NCBI RefSeq assembly: GCF_963921235.1
Contig: NC_086108.1
Span: 23,312,001 to 23,376,000 of the forward strand
DNA: 64,000 bases
Direction of reading: 5' to 3'
Source of the DNA: Mobula hypostoma
Lineage: Eukaryota
A program made the translations under genes and the position numbers. The notes under the pieces are model-generated. The model was not told the origin of the DNA. It worked only from the letters and a program-made list of their open reading frames with translations, and made no database searches. Position 1 is the stretch's first letter; each line of letters opens with the position of its first letter. Shown here piece by piece: positions 51,195-63,063 of this stretch.

Positions 51195-51960
51195 AACCAT
51201 ATAACCATATAACAATTACAGCACGGAAACAGGCCATCTTGGCACTTCTAGTCTGTGCCGATCTCCTACTCTCACCTAGTCCCACCGACCTGCACTCAGT
51301 CCATAACCCTCCATTCCCTTCCTGTCCATATATCTATCCAATTTAACTTTAAATGACCACATCAAACCTGCCTCAACCACTTCTGCTGGAAGCTCGTTCC
51401 ACACAGCCACCACTCTCTGAGTAAAGAAGTTCCCCCTCATGTTACCCCTAAACTTTTGCCCTCAACTCTCAACTCATGTCCTCTTGTTTGAATCTCCCCC
51501 ACTCTCAATGGAAAAAGCCTATCCACGTCAACTCTATCAATCCCCCTCATAATTTTAAACACCTCTATCAAGTCCCCCCTCAACCTTCTATGCTCCAAAG
51601 AATAAAGACCTAACTTGTTCAACCTTTCTCTGTAATTTAGGAGATGAAACCCAGGCAACAATTTAGTAAACCTCCTCTGTACTCTCTCAATTTTATTGAC
51701 ATCTTTCCTATAATTCGGTGACCAGAACTGTACACAATACTCCAAATTTGGCCTTACCAATGCCTTATACAATTTCAACATTACATCCCAACTCCTATAC
51801 TCAATACTCTGATTAATAAAGGCCAGCATACCAAAAGCTTTCTTCACCACCCTATCCACATGAGATTCCACCTTCAGGAAACTATGCACCATTATTCCTA
51901 GATCCCTCTGTTCTACAGCATTCTTCAATGCCCTACCATTTACCATGTATGTCCTATTTG
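51195..51960 (-). mobile_element. CR1 LINE, 3' part of a copy split by a nested CR1
   Basis: ORF 51437..51946 is the RT C-terminus. The element continues at 53306. Confidence 0.92.
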
Positions 51961-52013
51961 TTTATCCCAGTTTGGCAAAAGAATAAATCAAGGAAGGTAG
52001 TGCACCCATCCCT

Positions 52014-53308
52014 GCACATTTGGAAAGCGGTGAAATCATCGGACAAAGTCAGCATGGATTTGTGAAAGGAAAATCATGTCTGACGAATCTCATAGAATTT
52101 TTTGAGGATGTAACTAGTAGAGTGGATAGGGGAGAACCAGTGGATGTGGTATATTTGAATTTTCAAAACGCTTTTGACAAAGTCCCTCACAGGAGATTAG
52201 TGTGCAAACTTAAAGCACACGGTATTGGGGGTAAGGTATTGATGTGCATAGAGAATTGGTTGGCAGACAGGAAGCAAAGAGTGGGAATAAACGGGACCTT
52301 TTCAAAATGGCAGGCAGTGACTAGTGGGGTACCGCAAGGCTCAGTGCTGGGACCCCAGTTGTTTACTTAGATGAGGGAATTAAATGAAACATCACTGGGC
52401 AGCAGTGTTAGCTGTGAGGAGGATGCTAAGAGGATGCAGGGTGACTTGGATAGGTTAGGTGAGTGGGCAAATTCATGGCAGATACAATTTAATGTGGATA
52501 AATGTGAGGTTATCTACTTTGGTGGCAAAAACAGGAAAACAGATTATTATATGAATGGTGGCTGATTAGGAAAAGGGGAGATGCAACGAGACCTGGGTGT
52601 CATTATACACCAGTCATTGAAAGTGGGCAGGTACAGCAGGTGGTGAAAAAGGCGAATGGTATGCTGGCATTCACAGCAAGAGGATTCGAATACGGGAGCA
52701 GGGAGGTACTACTGCAGTTGTACAAGGCCTTGGTGAGACCACACCTGGAGTATTGTGTGCAGTTTTGGTCCCCTAATCTGAGGAAAGACATCCTTGCCAT
52801 AGAGGGAGTACAAAGAAGGTTCACCAGATTGATTCCTGGGATGGCAGGACTTTCATATGATGAAAGACTGGATTGACTAGGCTTATACTCGTTGGAATTT
52901 AGAAGATTGAGGGGGGATCTTATTGAAACATATAAAATCCTAAAGTGATTGGACAGGCTAGATGCAGGAAGATTGTTCCTGATGTTGGGGAAGTCCAGAA
53001 CGAGGGGTCACAGTTTGAGGATAAAGGGGAAGCCTTTTAGGACCGAGATTAGGAAAAACTTCTTCACACAGAGAGTGGTGAATCTGTGGAATTCTCTGCA
53101 CAAGGAAACAGTTGAGGCCAGTTCATTGGCTATATTTAAGAGGGAGTTAGATATGGCCCTTGTGGCTAAAGGGATCGGGGGTATGAGGGGAAGGCTGCTG
53201 CAGGGTTCTGAGTTAGATGATCAGCCATGATCATACTGAATGGCGGTGCAGGCTCGAAGGGCCGAATGGCCTACTCCTGCACCTATTTTCTATGTTTCTA
53301 TGTTTCTA
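52014..53308 (+). mobile_element. Young CR1 LINE nested in the opposite-strand CR1, same subfamily as 22441-23955
   Basis: ORFs 52020-53230 are nearly identical in peptide to ORF 22551..24125. Tail is ttctatgtttctatgtttcta. Confidence 0.95.
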
Positions 53309-53922
53309 TTTTGATTAGTCGTACCAAAATGTAGCACCTCACATTTTTCAGCATTAAACTCCATCTGCCATCTTTCAGCCCACTCTTCTAACTGGCCTAA
53401 ATCTCTCTGCAAGCTTTGAAAAACTACTTCATTATCCACAACACCACCTATCTTAGTATCATCTGCATACTTACTGATCCAATTTACCACCCCATCATCC
53501 AGATCATTAATATATATGACAGACAACATTGGACCCAGTACAGATCCCTGAGGCACACCGCTACACACCATCCTCCAATCTGACACACAGTTATTCACCA
53601 CTATTCTCTGGCGTCTCCCATCCAACCACTGCTGAATCCATTTTACTACTTCCATATTAATACCTAACGATTGAACCTTCCTAACTAACCTTCCATGTGG
53701 AACCTTGTCAAAGGCCTTACTGAAGTCCATATAGACAACATCCACCGCTTTACTCTCGTCAACTATCCTAGTAACCTCATCAAAAAATTCAATAAGATTT
53801 GTCAAACATGACCTTCCACGCACAAATCCATGTTGACTGTTCCTAATCAGACCTTGTCTATCCAGATACTTATATATACCATCTCTAAGAATACTTTCCA
53901 TCAATTTACCCACCACTGACGT
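53306..53922 (-). mobile_element. CR1 LINE, 5' part of the split copy
   Basis: ORF 53290..53916 has QHGFVRGRSCLTNL...KYADDTKIGG...CEVLHFGTTNQNR and continues into (T)YMVNGRALK at about 51950. Confidence 0.92.
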
Positions 53923-53924
53923 AT

Positions 53925-54278
53925 TCTCCCCACATACTCATTAACTTCCTCCCAGATTCTACCACTTACCTGCACACTACTGGCAATTAACTGTGGCCAG
54001 TTAACCTACCAACCTACACAGCTTTGGATGCAGGGAGGTGAAACTGGAGGACCCGAGAGAAACCGACAGGTCCCTGTGACACCACAGGGTGCCTGTGATG
54101 TCATAGAGGACCCTCCTGTCTGATGTGGTGGGTGATAATAAATTACAATCTGTAACAGGATCACACTTCATTAGACACTAACACACAAACTCCACATAGA
54201 GATCACCAGAGGTCAGGATGGAATCCAGACATCCATTGCTGTGAGGGAGTGGCTCTTCCAGCATTACTACTGTGCTTC
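53925..54278 (-). mobile_element. HE1/V-SINE-like SINE with an internal foreign insert
   Basis: Aligns to 21620-21830 (ttctaccac...ggccagttaacctaccaacct...aaactccacataga...gaggtcaggatggaatcc). Confidence 0.65.
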
Positions 54279-55379
54279 ATATTTCAATGTATAAATAAGT
54301 GACAACCCGTTTTATGTTTCCAAATAAAGATTTATTTGAGTTTTGATTTGAGAAGAATGAAGCAGGAAAACTTCGTGTTAAACTTTATTTGATCTTTATG
54401 ACCGATTTAAAGTACAAGGTTTTTCAGCTAAATTTTTAATATAATTTTAGAAAGCAGAAACTGAACATGGAAGGAGAATTGTACTGTGGTACTCTTATTC
54501 TTACTTTAATTATTATGGCAATGGATGTATCGGTCTCCTCCATTGCCTGTCAAGAAATTTGTGTGTGAGAACTGGGAGACAGCAGAGGTTTTAGGAAATA
54601 GCCCCCCCCCCCACCCAAATGCCTGCACTGCTGTCAGTAGTGGTGCCTGCCTGTCATATAGGACTCTCCTGTTTGATTTGGTGGGTGATAATATGTTACA
54701 ATCTGTAACAAAATCACATCTCATCTGACATATGTTTTACATCTAGGGTAAAAATCAGGAAGTTTGAAAAGCAGGTCATTAATGGGAATGGAGAGATGCA
54801 TGGGCAACCAATGTCTGAACTCACTCCAGAAGTTATTTCAAAGGCAGGGAGAAAACAGCCTGACAGAAGGTTTCAATCAAAGATGTACAAGCTAAACCAT
54901 GGCCTGGCTCTGAGCTGCCATGTGAATTGCTGGTTTTCTGATGACTGTCTTCAGGCTGAGATGATTGAAGAAATATGTCTAGATATGTGTATAGAGGTCT
55001 ATCGCCTTCAGCCGCAAGATCTTTCCAACCTTGTTTGCACTTTCCATCCCAGTCTTCACTGTTGATAATCAGATTTTTGAGCAATTATTTCTGAAAAGAA
55101 TGACTGAAGGAAGTTTATTTCTTCATTCCTTTATTCAGTTGAACAGCCAATTTGCCCCTGTATCCTGTGCTGTCACAGTGCTGCTCAGTCCTGGGATCTC
55201 CCTCATGAAAGTTTCACCAGCGTCATAGGCTTTCTGGAGAGTTGAATATAGTTTTATGAATTTTATTTGATTTTGTGTTTATTGTCCATTTCTTCTGTAA
55301 TTGTTTACTGCTCTATTTGTGTTGTTCTCTATTAAGAACTCTGGAATGTTGCTAATGTTTGATAATAATTTACTTTCAG

Positions 55380-55508
55380 GGAGGTTGTTCCAGGCAGAGT
55401 TTACAGCTACCAGGTAAAGGTGGCAGCCAGATCTTCATCCAGTGCACTGACCCCACCTCTGATATACATCCATGGTAGTCCCTTCTGTGGAAATCAGAAA
55501 GTGGAAAA
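55380..55508 (+). CDS. PAPPA2: Pappalysin-2 internal exon, 129 bp, phase 2 to 2
   Basis: Acceptor tttactttcag and donor AA|gtaagc. Translates (W)EVVPGRVYSYQVKVAARSSSSALTPPLIYIHGSPFCGNQKVE, resembling pappalysin EVTPG..Y.YQV...PPL..IHG.P.CG. TG+G = Trp is in frame. Confidence 0.9.
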
Positions 55509-55781
55509 GTAAGCAAGAAGTGTTCACCTAGAATTATTGCTCATAACTGTTGCTTGCAAAGTCTTTTCCTGTAGGGTTCTTAGAAAAATTGGCTTTAAAT
55601 AATTTGAATCCAGAAATGGAAGAGAAGAAAAATTTTCTTTCTACTGACATTATCGAGTTGGCGTCTATCTCTACTCATAGAAAGTTCATTTCAAAACAGC
55701 AGAGGAAAACTGGCAGGGGAAGATTGGCAGTTTTAATTTTTCTATGTACACCAGGCCACTGTGCACACAAGTATCCCTTAG

Positions 55782-56957
55782 TTGAATTGAATTGACTTCA
55801 TTACTTACATCCTTCAAATAGATGAGGAGTAAAAATCTTTACATTACGTCTCCGTTCAAATGTGCAATTATAGTAATTTATAATAAATATTATGTACAAC
55901 AGGATAGTCAGTATAACATAGACATAAGTAGCATCAGCATGAGTTAATCAGTCTGATGGCCTGGTGGAAGAAGCTGTCCCAGACCCTGTTGGTCCTGGCG
56001 TTTATGCTGCGGTACCGTTTCCCAGATTGTAGCAGATGGAATAGTTTGCAGTTGGGGTGACTCGGGTCTCCAATGATCCTTTGGACCCTTTTAACACACC
56101 TGTATTTGTAAATGTGCTGAATAGAGGGGGGTTGACAAGTACAGATGCGCTGGGCTGTTCGCACCACTCTCTGTAGGGCCCTGCGATTGAGGGAAGTACA
56201 GTTCCCATACAGTGATGCAGCCAGTCAGGAAGCTCTCAGTTGTGCCCCTATAGAAAGTTCTTAGAATCTGGGGGGCCATACCAAACTTCTTCAACTGTCT
56301 GAGGTGGAAGAGGCGCTGTTGTGCCTTTTTCACCACAGCCGGTATGTACGGACCATGTGAGATCCTCGATGATATTTATGCCTAGGAACTTAAAACTGTT
56401 CACCCTCTCAACCCCAGATCCACTGATGCCTATAGGGGTTAGCCTGTCACCATTCCTCCTGTAATCCACAACCAGCTCCTTTGTTTTTGCGACATTGAGG
56501 GAGAGGTTGTTTCTTGACACCACTGTGTCAGGCTGATAACTTCCTCTCTGTAGGCTGCCTCATTACTATTTGAGATTAGGCCAATCAGTGTAGTGTTGTC
56601 AGCAAATTTAATTAGCAGATTAGAGCTGTGGGTGGTGATACAGTCATGGGTATACAGAGAGTTAAGGAGGGGACTCAGTACACAGCCCTGAGGAGTGTCA
56701 GTGTTGAATTTCAGAGGGGCAGAGGTGAGGGAGCCCACTCTTACCACCTGCTGGTGACCTGAGAGGAAGCCCAGGATCCAGCTACATAAGGCAGGGTGAA
56801 GGCCCAGGTCTCCGAGTTTCTTGTCAAGCCTGGAGGGAATTATGGTGTTGAATGCAGAACTGTAGTCCAAGAAAAGCTTTCTCACATAAGCATCCCTCTT
56901 CTCCAGATGTGTAAGGACAGTGTCTAGAGCTGTGGCTATTGCGTTGTCTGATAGATC
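55782..56957 (-). mobile_element. Rex1/Babar-type LINE, 5'-truncated
   Basis: YVRKLFLDYSSAFNTIIP, PQGCVLSPLL, KFADNTTLIGLIS, KKAQQRLFHLRQLKKF and DSFFHQAIRLIN, with a (TTCAA)n tail. Confidence 0.92.
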
Positions 56958-57279
56958 AAAAAAGAAAATTAGCTGGTTAACTTTTGGTGACAACAGTTGA
57001 GGAATGCCATCAGTTAGGACGTGAAGTGAATTTTTCTGTTCTTTAAAGAAAATTATGAGATTTCTTAACAGCAGCTTAGGAGGATACCCATTTTAGTCAT
57101 TAGTTGAAATGACTGTCCCATCAACTTTGTAGCTTGCGATCAGTCTGTTGCACCTGGAAGGGGCCTTGATCCATGGTCTGCTGAGTAGGTTAAGAGCCTG
57201 ACTACTGAGCCGAGAAAACTTGGCAAATACTAGTTTTTAAACATTGTCTCAGAGTTTTGTCTATTCCTGACATTGTCAA

Positions 57280-58392
57280 TATAGAAACATAGAAAACCTA
57301 CAGCACAATACAGGCCCTTCAGTCCACAAAGCTGTGCCGAACATGTCCTTACCTTAAAGCTACCTAGGCTTACCCCTAGCCCTCTATTTTTCTAAGCTCC
57401 ATGTATCCATCCAGAAGTCTCTTAAGAGACGCTATCGTCTCCGCCTCCACCACCGCCGCCGGCAGCCCATTCCACGCACTCACCACTCTCTGTGTAAAAT
57501 ACTTACTGCTGACATCTCCTCTGTACCTACTTCCAAGCACCTTAAGACTATTCCCTCTTGTGCTAGCCATTTCAACCCTGGGAAAAAGCCTCTGACTATC
57601 CACACGATCAATGCCTCTCATCATCTTATACACCTCTATCAGGTCACCGCTCATCCAATGTCACTCCAAGGAGAAAAGGCTGAGTTCACTCAACCTATTT
57701 TCATAAGGCATACTCATCAATTCAGGCAACTTGTAAATCTCCTTTGCACCCTTTCTATAGTTTCCACATCCTTCCTGTAGTGAGATGACCAGAACTGAGC
57801 ACAGTACTCCAAGTGGGCTCCGACCAGGGTCCTATATAGCTGCAACATTACCTCTTGGCTCTTAAACTCAATCCTACGATTGATGAAGGCCAATGCTCCA
57901 TATGCCTTCTTAACCACCGAGTCAACCTGCCTAGCAGCTTTGAGTGTCCTATGGACTCGGACCCCAAGATCCCTCTGATCCTCCACACTGCCAAGAGTCT
58001 TGCCATTAATACTATTTTCTGCCATCATATTTGACCTACCAAAATGAATTATCTCACACTTATCTGGGTTGAACTCCATCTGCCACTTCTCAGCCCAGTT
58101 TTGCATCTTATCAATGTCCCGCTGTAACCTCTGATAGCCCTCCACACTATTCACAACACCCCCAACCTTTCTGTCATCAGCAAATTTACTAACCCATCCC
58201 TCAACTTCCTCATCCAGATTATTTATAAAAATCACGAAGAGCAGGGGTCCTGGAACAGATCCCTGAGGCAGACCACTGGTGACTGACCTCCATGCAGAAT
58301 ATGACCCATCTGCAACCACTCTTTGCCTTCTGTGGGCAAGCCAGTTCTGGATCCACAAAGCAATGTCCCCTTGGATCCCATGCCTCCTTACA
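57280..58392 (-). mobile_element. CR1 LINE, 5'-truncated
   Basis: ORFs 57717..58427 and 57376..57654 carry RT motifs. Tail is ttctatgtttctatat. Confidence 0.93.
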
Positions 58393-58457
58393 ATATTCAG
58401 GAATACAGCAGCAGTTCTCACTAGCATCTCAGCTTCTCTTCATGTGCGGGTCAAGAC

Positions 58458-58651
58458 CAGGGGTGGCCAACCTTTTACATTCCATGTGTCAATTTTTTCA
58501 CGCACAAGTTCAGATGCGATTTTTTCAAGCACGAGTTCTATATTAACATATTTTTTACAAGAATTGAATGGGGGTACAAGAGTTGTATGGCGCATCTGAA
58601 CTCGTGACTGAAAAAATTGATGCATGGAATGTAAAAGTTTGGCCACCCCTG
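58458..58651. mobile_element. hAT (Charlie-like) MITE, 194 bp, with ~60-bp inverted arms
   Basis: gtcaagac|CAGGGGTGGCCAACCTTTTACATTCCATG ... CATGGAATGTAAAAGTTTGGCCACCCCTG|gtctagac. The 8-bp TSD has 1 mismatch and fits the NTCTAGAN target preference. Confidence 0.9.
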
Positions 58652-59454
58652 GTCTAGACTTTTCCTGTTAGGGAGCTGCTTTGCAAAGGAGTGTGCCATT
58701 AGCCTGTTTTCTCATTTTTCCGTGAATTAATAAAGAGGAATGTGAGCAAATCTGGTTGATGTGTCTCCTTCCCAACAATGTTTGAAAATTAACCCTTGGA
58801 TTACGAGGATCATATGCACACTGGCTAATGCATAAACTGACACAGCTATTAAGGCTTATATTTTTACAGTGTCTTTCACAGTATCAGGTCATACAAGAAT
58901 GCCTTAACCCCAATGAAGAGTTCTAGCAATATTGTCACTGTTTTAATGTTAGAAGCCTTGCGGCCTTTTTGCATTTAGTTATTTCCCATAAGTAGTGGTC
59001 AACTGAAACATGAACTCCTTTTCTCTTTCCACGGATACTGCCTGTTCTGTTAAGTGTTTCCCCTACTTTGTGTATTATTTTAGGTTTTGTTTGATTCTCT
59101 TTCCCTCAAGTATCAATGGATATCAATCAGTGGATCACATTGCATTAAGTCTGTAGTGGGCAACAACAAATAAAAATTCGATGAAAAACATAAATAATAC
59201 CCAAATATATATGTGATGCCTTATGTATATTTTTCTCTGTGATTGATTCTGATCATTCCAGTGATATGCAACTAAAATAAACTCTCGACATGCATTTGTG
59301 GAGAGAAAAGCAGGGATAAGATGACTATTACTATTACTATAAATTACTATTACTACGACTATAAATGCTGATTATTACCAGCATTTCCAGCTGCACCTGA
59401 GGCTTTAGCAAAAATGCAGAAATGGTTGACTGGAATATTGTTTGCTCCAGGAGC

Positions 59455-59588
59455 TAGTGCAGATGAGGGGACTCGACCCAAACATTGGCTGGCCATTTTC
59501 CTCCATAGATGCTGTCTGACTTGCTGAGCTTGTCTAGCTTTTTCTGTGTTGCTAAAGATTCCAGCATCTGCTGTCTCTTGTGTCCTCA
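59455..59588 (+). mobile_element. PLE terminal-repeat fragment
   Basis: gatgaggggactcgacccaaaca...ctccatagatgctgtctgacttgctgag...ttccagcatctgc. Confidence 0.65.
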
Positions 59589-59714
59589 TTGCTTGGCTTA
59601 GAGAATTTTAGCTACATATAAGGAGAGGCTGGACAAACTTTCATCCACTGGAGGCTGAGGAAATACTTGGTTGACGTATATAAAATTATGAAATGTTGCC
59701 TCATGTGGCAGGAT

Positions 59715-60402
59715 ATTGCTTATTGACTTCAGCTTGTCATTTAATATGATCATCCCTCAGAGGCTGGTGGGTAAACTGTCCTTGTTGAGACTCATCGCCC
59801 CTCTCTGTAATTGGATCTTGGTCTTATTGATGGAAAGACCGCAGTCACAATTGGCAGCAACATCTCAAGATCCATCGTGCTGAGCACTGGTGCCGCTGAG
59901 GGCTATATGCTCAGCTTGCTGCTGTTCACTCTACTGGCTTATGAATGCACTACCAGATCCAGCTCAAACCCCATCATCAGGTTTACTGATGATACAGCCT
60001 CATGAGCAATAATAATGAGGCAGCATACAGAGAGGAGGTGGAGAGGCTTGTCAACTGGTGTGAGAACAACAACCTGAGTCTCAACATGGACAAGACAAAA
60101 GGGATGATTGAGGAATTTAGGAAGGCACGGGGTGACCTCTTTCCATTGCACAGCAATGGTTCTGCTGTGGAGAAAGCGGAGAGCACACATTTCCTTGGTG
60201 TGCACATGACAGACAATCTAACTGGGACCCACAACACACTTACTCATCAGTCAAAAAAGCACAACAGCATCTACTTTTCCTGAGAAGATTAAGGCATGTA
60301 GGACTCCCTGCCTCCATTCTAACAACTTTCTTTAGGAGCACCAGCGGCAGTGTCCTTGTGGGCTGCATCATTGTGTGGTACAGAAGTTGTAAGGCATTAG
60401 AC
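59715..60402 (+). mobile_element. Rex1/Babar-type LINE fragment
   Basis: [18 protein letters not shown]...IIRFTDDT and NNNEAAYREEVERLVNWCENNNLSLN. Confidence 0.85.
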
Positions 60403-60409
60403 TTGGCAA

Positions 60410-60790
60410 GGAAAGGGCCCGGGACATCTTGGATTGAGTCCTCAGCATTTTTAAATGGGAGGGTGATATACACCTAGCAATATGCAGGTGAGATTGGGAA
60501 AAACAGTTTGGTGCTGGATTCTAAGAGGGGGAACTTTTAGAATGCCTGAGAGACGGCTTTTTAGAGCAGCTCATGGTTGAATCCACTAGAGGATCAGCTG
60601 TTCTGGATTGGATGTTGTGCAATGAACCAGAATTGACTAGAGAGCTTATGGTAAAGTAACCTTTAGGGACAAGTTATCATAAGTGATCAGATTCACCCTG
60701 AAATTTGAAAAGGAGAAACTAAGGTCAGATATATCAGTATTACAGTGGAGTAAAGGGAATTACAGAGGTATCAAAGAGGAGTTGGCTAGA
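60410..60790 (+). mobile_element. CR1 ORF2 (APE endonuclease end), host element part 1
   Basis: IRFTLKFEKEKLRSDISVLQWSKGNYRGIKEELAR, which continues at about 63064 (IDGKRTLAGKMAEQQW). Confidence 0.8.
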
Positions 60791-63063
60791 ATGATTTTTG
60801 CATTGTCAAAAGCATCAGGAGAAGTACTGGAGGATTGGAGGGTTGCAAATGTTGTTTCCTTGTTCAAGAAAGGGAATAGGGATAACCCAGGAAATTATAG
60901 ACCAGTGAGGCTTACTTCAGCAGTGGGCCAGTTGTTGGAGAAGATCCTGAAAGGCAGGATTTATGAGCATTTGGAGAGACATAATCTGATTAGGGATAGT
61001 CAGCATGGCTTTGTCAAGGGCAGGTAGTGCCTTGTGAGCGTGACTGAACTCCATCTACCAGTTCTCAGCCCAGTTCTGCATCCTATCAATGTCCTGCTGT
61101 AACCTCTGACAACCCTCAGACTATCCACAACACCTCCAACCTTTGTGGCATCTTGGGGTCCATGTCGATAACTCAAAGCTGCTGCACAGGTTGACAGTGT
61201 TGTTAAGAAGGTGTATGGTACTTTGGCACTCATCAACTGTGGGATTGAGTTCAAGAGCCATGAGGCTATATAAGACCTTATTCAGACCTCACTTGTTCAG
61301 TTTTGGTCATGTCATCACAGGAAGGATGTGGATACTATAGAGAGAGTGCAGAGGAGATTTACAAGGATGCTGCCAGGATTGGAGAGCGTACCTTATGAGA
61401 ATAGATCAACTGAACTTGGCCTTTTCTCCTTGGAGCGACGTAGGATGAGATGTGACCTGATAGAGTTGTATAAGATGATGAGAGGCGTTGATAGTGTGGA
61501 TAGTCAGAAACTTTTTCACGGGCTCGATTGACTAACATGAGGGGGCATAGTTTTAAGGTGCTTGGAAATAGCTACCGAGGGGATGTCAGGGGTAAGTTTT
61601 TCACACAGAGAGTGGTGGGTGCGTGGACTGTACTGCTGGTGGCAGTGGTGGAAGCGGATACAATAGGATCTTTAAAAAGGTACATAGATAGGTACATGGA
61701 ACTTAGAGAAATAGAAGGCTATGCTCTAGGGAAATTGTAGAGAGTCTCTAGAGTAGGTAACGTGGTCGGCACAGCATTGTGGGACGAAGGGCCTGTAACA
61801 TGCCCCAAAGATTTCTTTGAACATTTTTCTATGAACTAAGAGACATAGAAAAGTAATTAAGTGTGCTGATAGAAATTCGAGGATGTAACATAACATATTG
61901 ATAAAAGTAGAGAAGTGGATGTAGTGAATATGGATTTCAGTAAGGCATTTGATAGGTTCCCCATGCAAGGCTCCTTCAGAAGGTAAGGAGGCATGGGATC
62001 CAAGGAGACCTTGCTTTGTGGATCCAGAATTGGCTTGACCGCAGAAGGCAAAAGGTGGTTGTAGATGGTTTGTATTCTACATGGAGGTCGGTGACCAGTG
62101 GTGTTCTGCAGGGATCTGTTCTGGGATTCCTCCTCTTTGTGATTTTATAAATGACGTGGATGAACAAATAGAAGGATGGGTTAGTAAGTTTGCTGATGCC
62201 ACAAAGATTGGGGGTGTTGTGGATAGACTGGAGGGTTGTCAGAGGTTACAGCGGGACATTAATAAGATGCAGAACTGGACCGAGAAGTGGTAGATGGAGT
62301 TCAACCCAGATAAGTGTGAAGTGGCTCGTTTTGGTAGGTCAGTTTGAAGACAGAATACAGTATTAATGGTAAGACTCTTGGCAGTGTGGAGGATTAGAGA
62401 TTTTGGGGTCCATGTCCGTGGAACACTCAAAGCTGCTGCGCAGGTTGACAGTGTTATTAAGAAGGTGTATGGTGCGTTGGCATTCATCAGCCATGAGATT
62501 GAGTTCAAGAACCATGTTACAGCAATATAAGACTTGGTCAGACCCCACTTGGAGTACTGTGTTCAGTTCTGGTCACCTCACTACAGGAAGGATGTGGATA
62601 CTATAGAGAGAGGGCAGAGGAGGTTTACAAAGATGTTGCCTGGATTGGAGAGTGTGCCTTATGAGAATAGATTGAGTGAACTTGGCCTTTTCTCCTTGGA
62701 GCGATGTAGGATGAGATGTGACCTGATAGAGTTGTATAAAATGATGAGAGGTGTTGATAGTGTGGTTAGCCAGAAGCTTTGTCCCAGGGCTGAAATGGCA
62801 TAGCTTTAACTTGCTTGGAAGTAGGTATGAGGGGATGTTAGGGGTAAGTTTTTCACACAGAGAGTGGTGGTGCGTAGACAGTGGTGGAGGCGGATTCAAT
62901 AAGTTCATTTAAGAGACTCTTAGGTACATGAGTTTAGAAAAATAGAGGGTTATGCGATAGGGAAATTCTAGGCAGTTTCTAGAGTAGGTTACATGGTTGG
63001 CACAACATTGTGGGGTGAAGGCCCTGTAAAGTGCTGTAGATTTCTGTGTTCTGTGTTCTATGT
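60791..63063 (+). mobile_element. Nested composite of two tandem CR1 3' copies, with an internal inversion at about 61043-61151
   Basis: RT pieces at 60791-61030, 61150-61800 and about 61865-63063. The two 3' ends are closely similar. Tail is ttctgtgttctgtgttctatgt. Confidence 0.85.
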
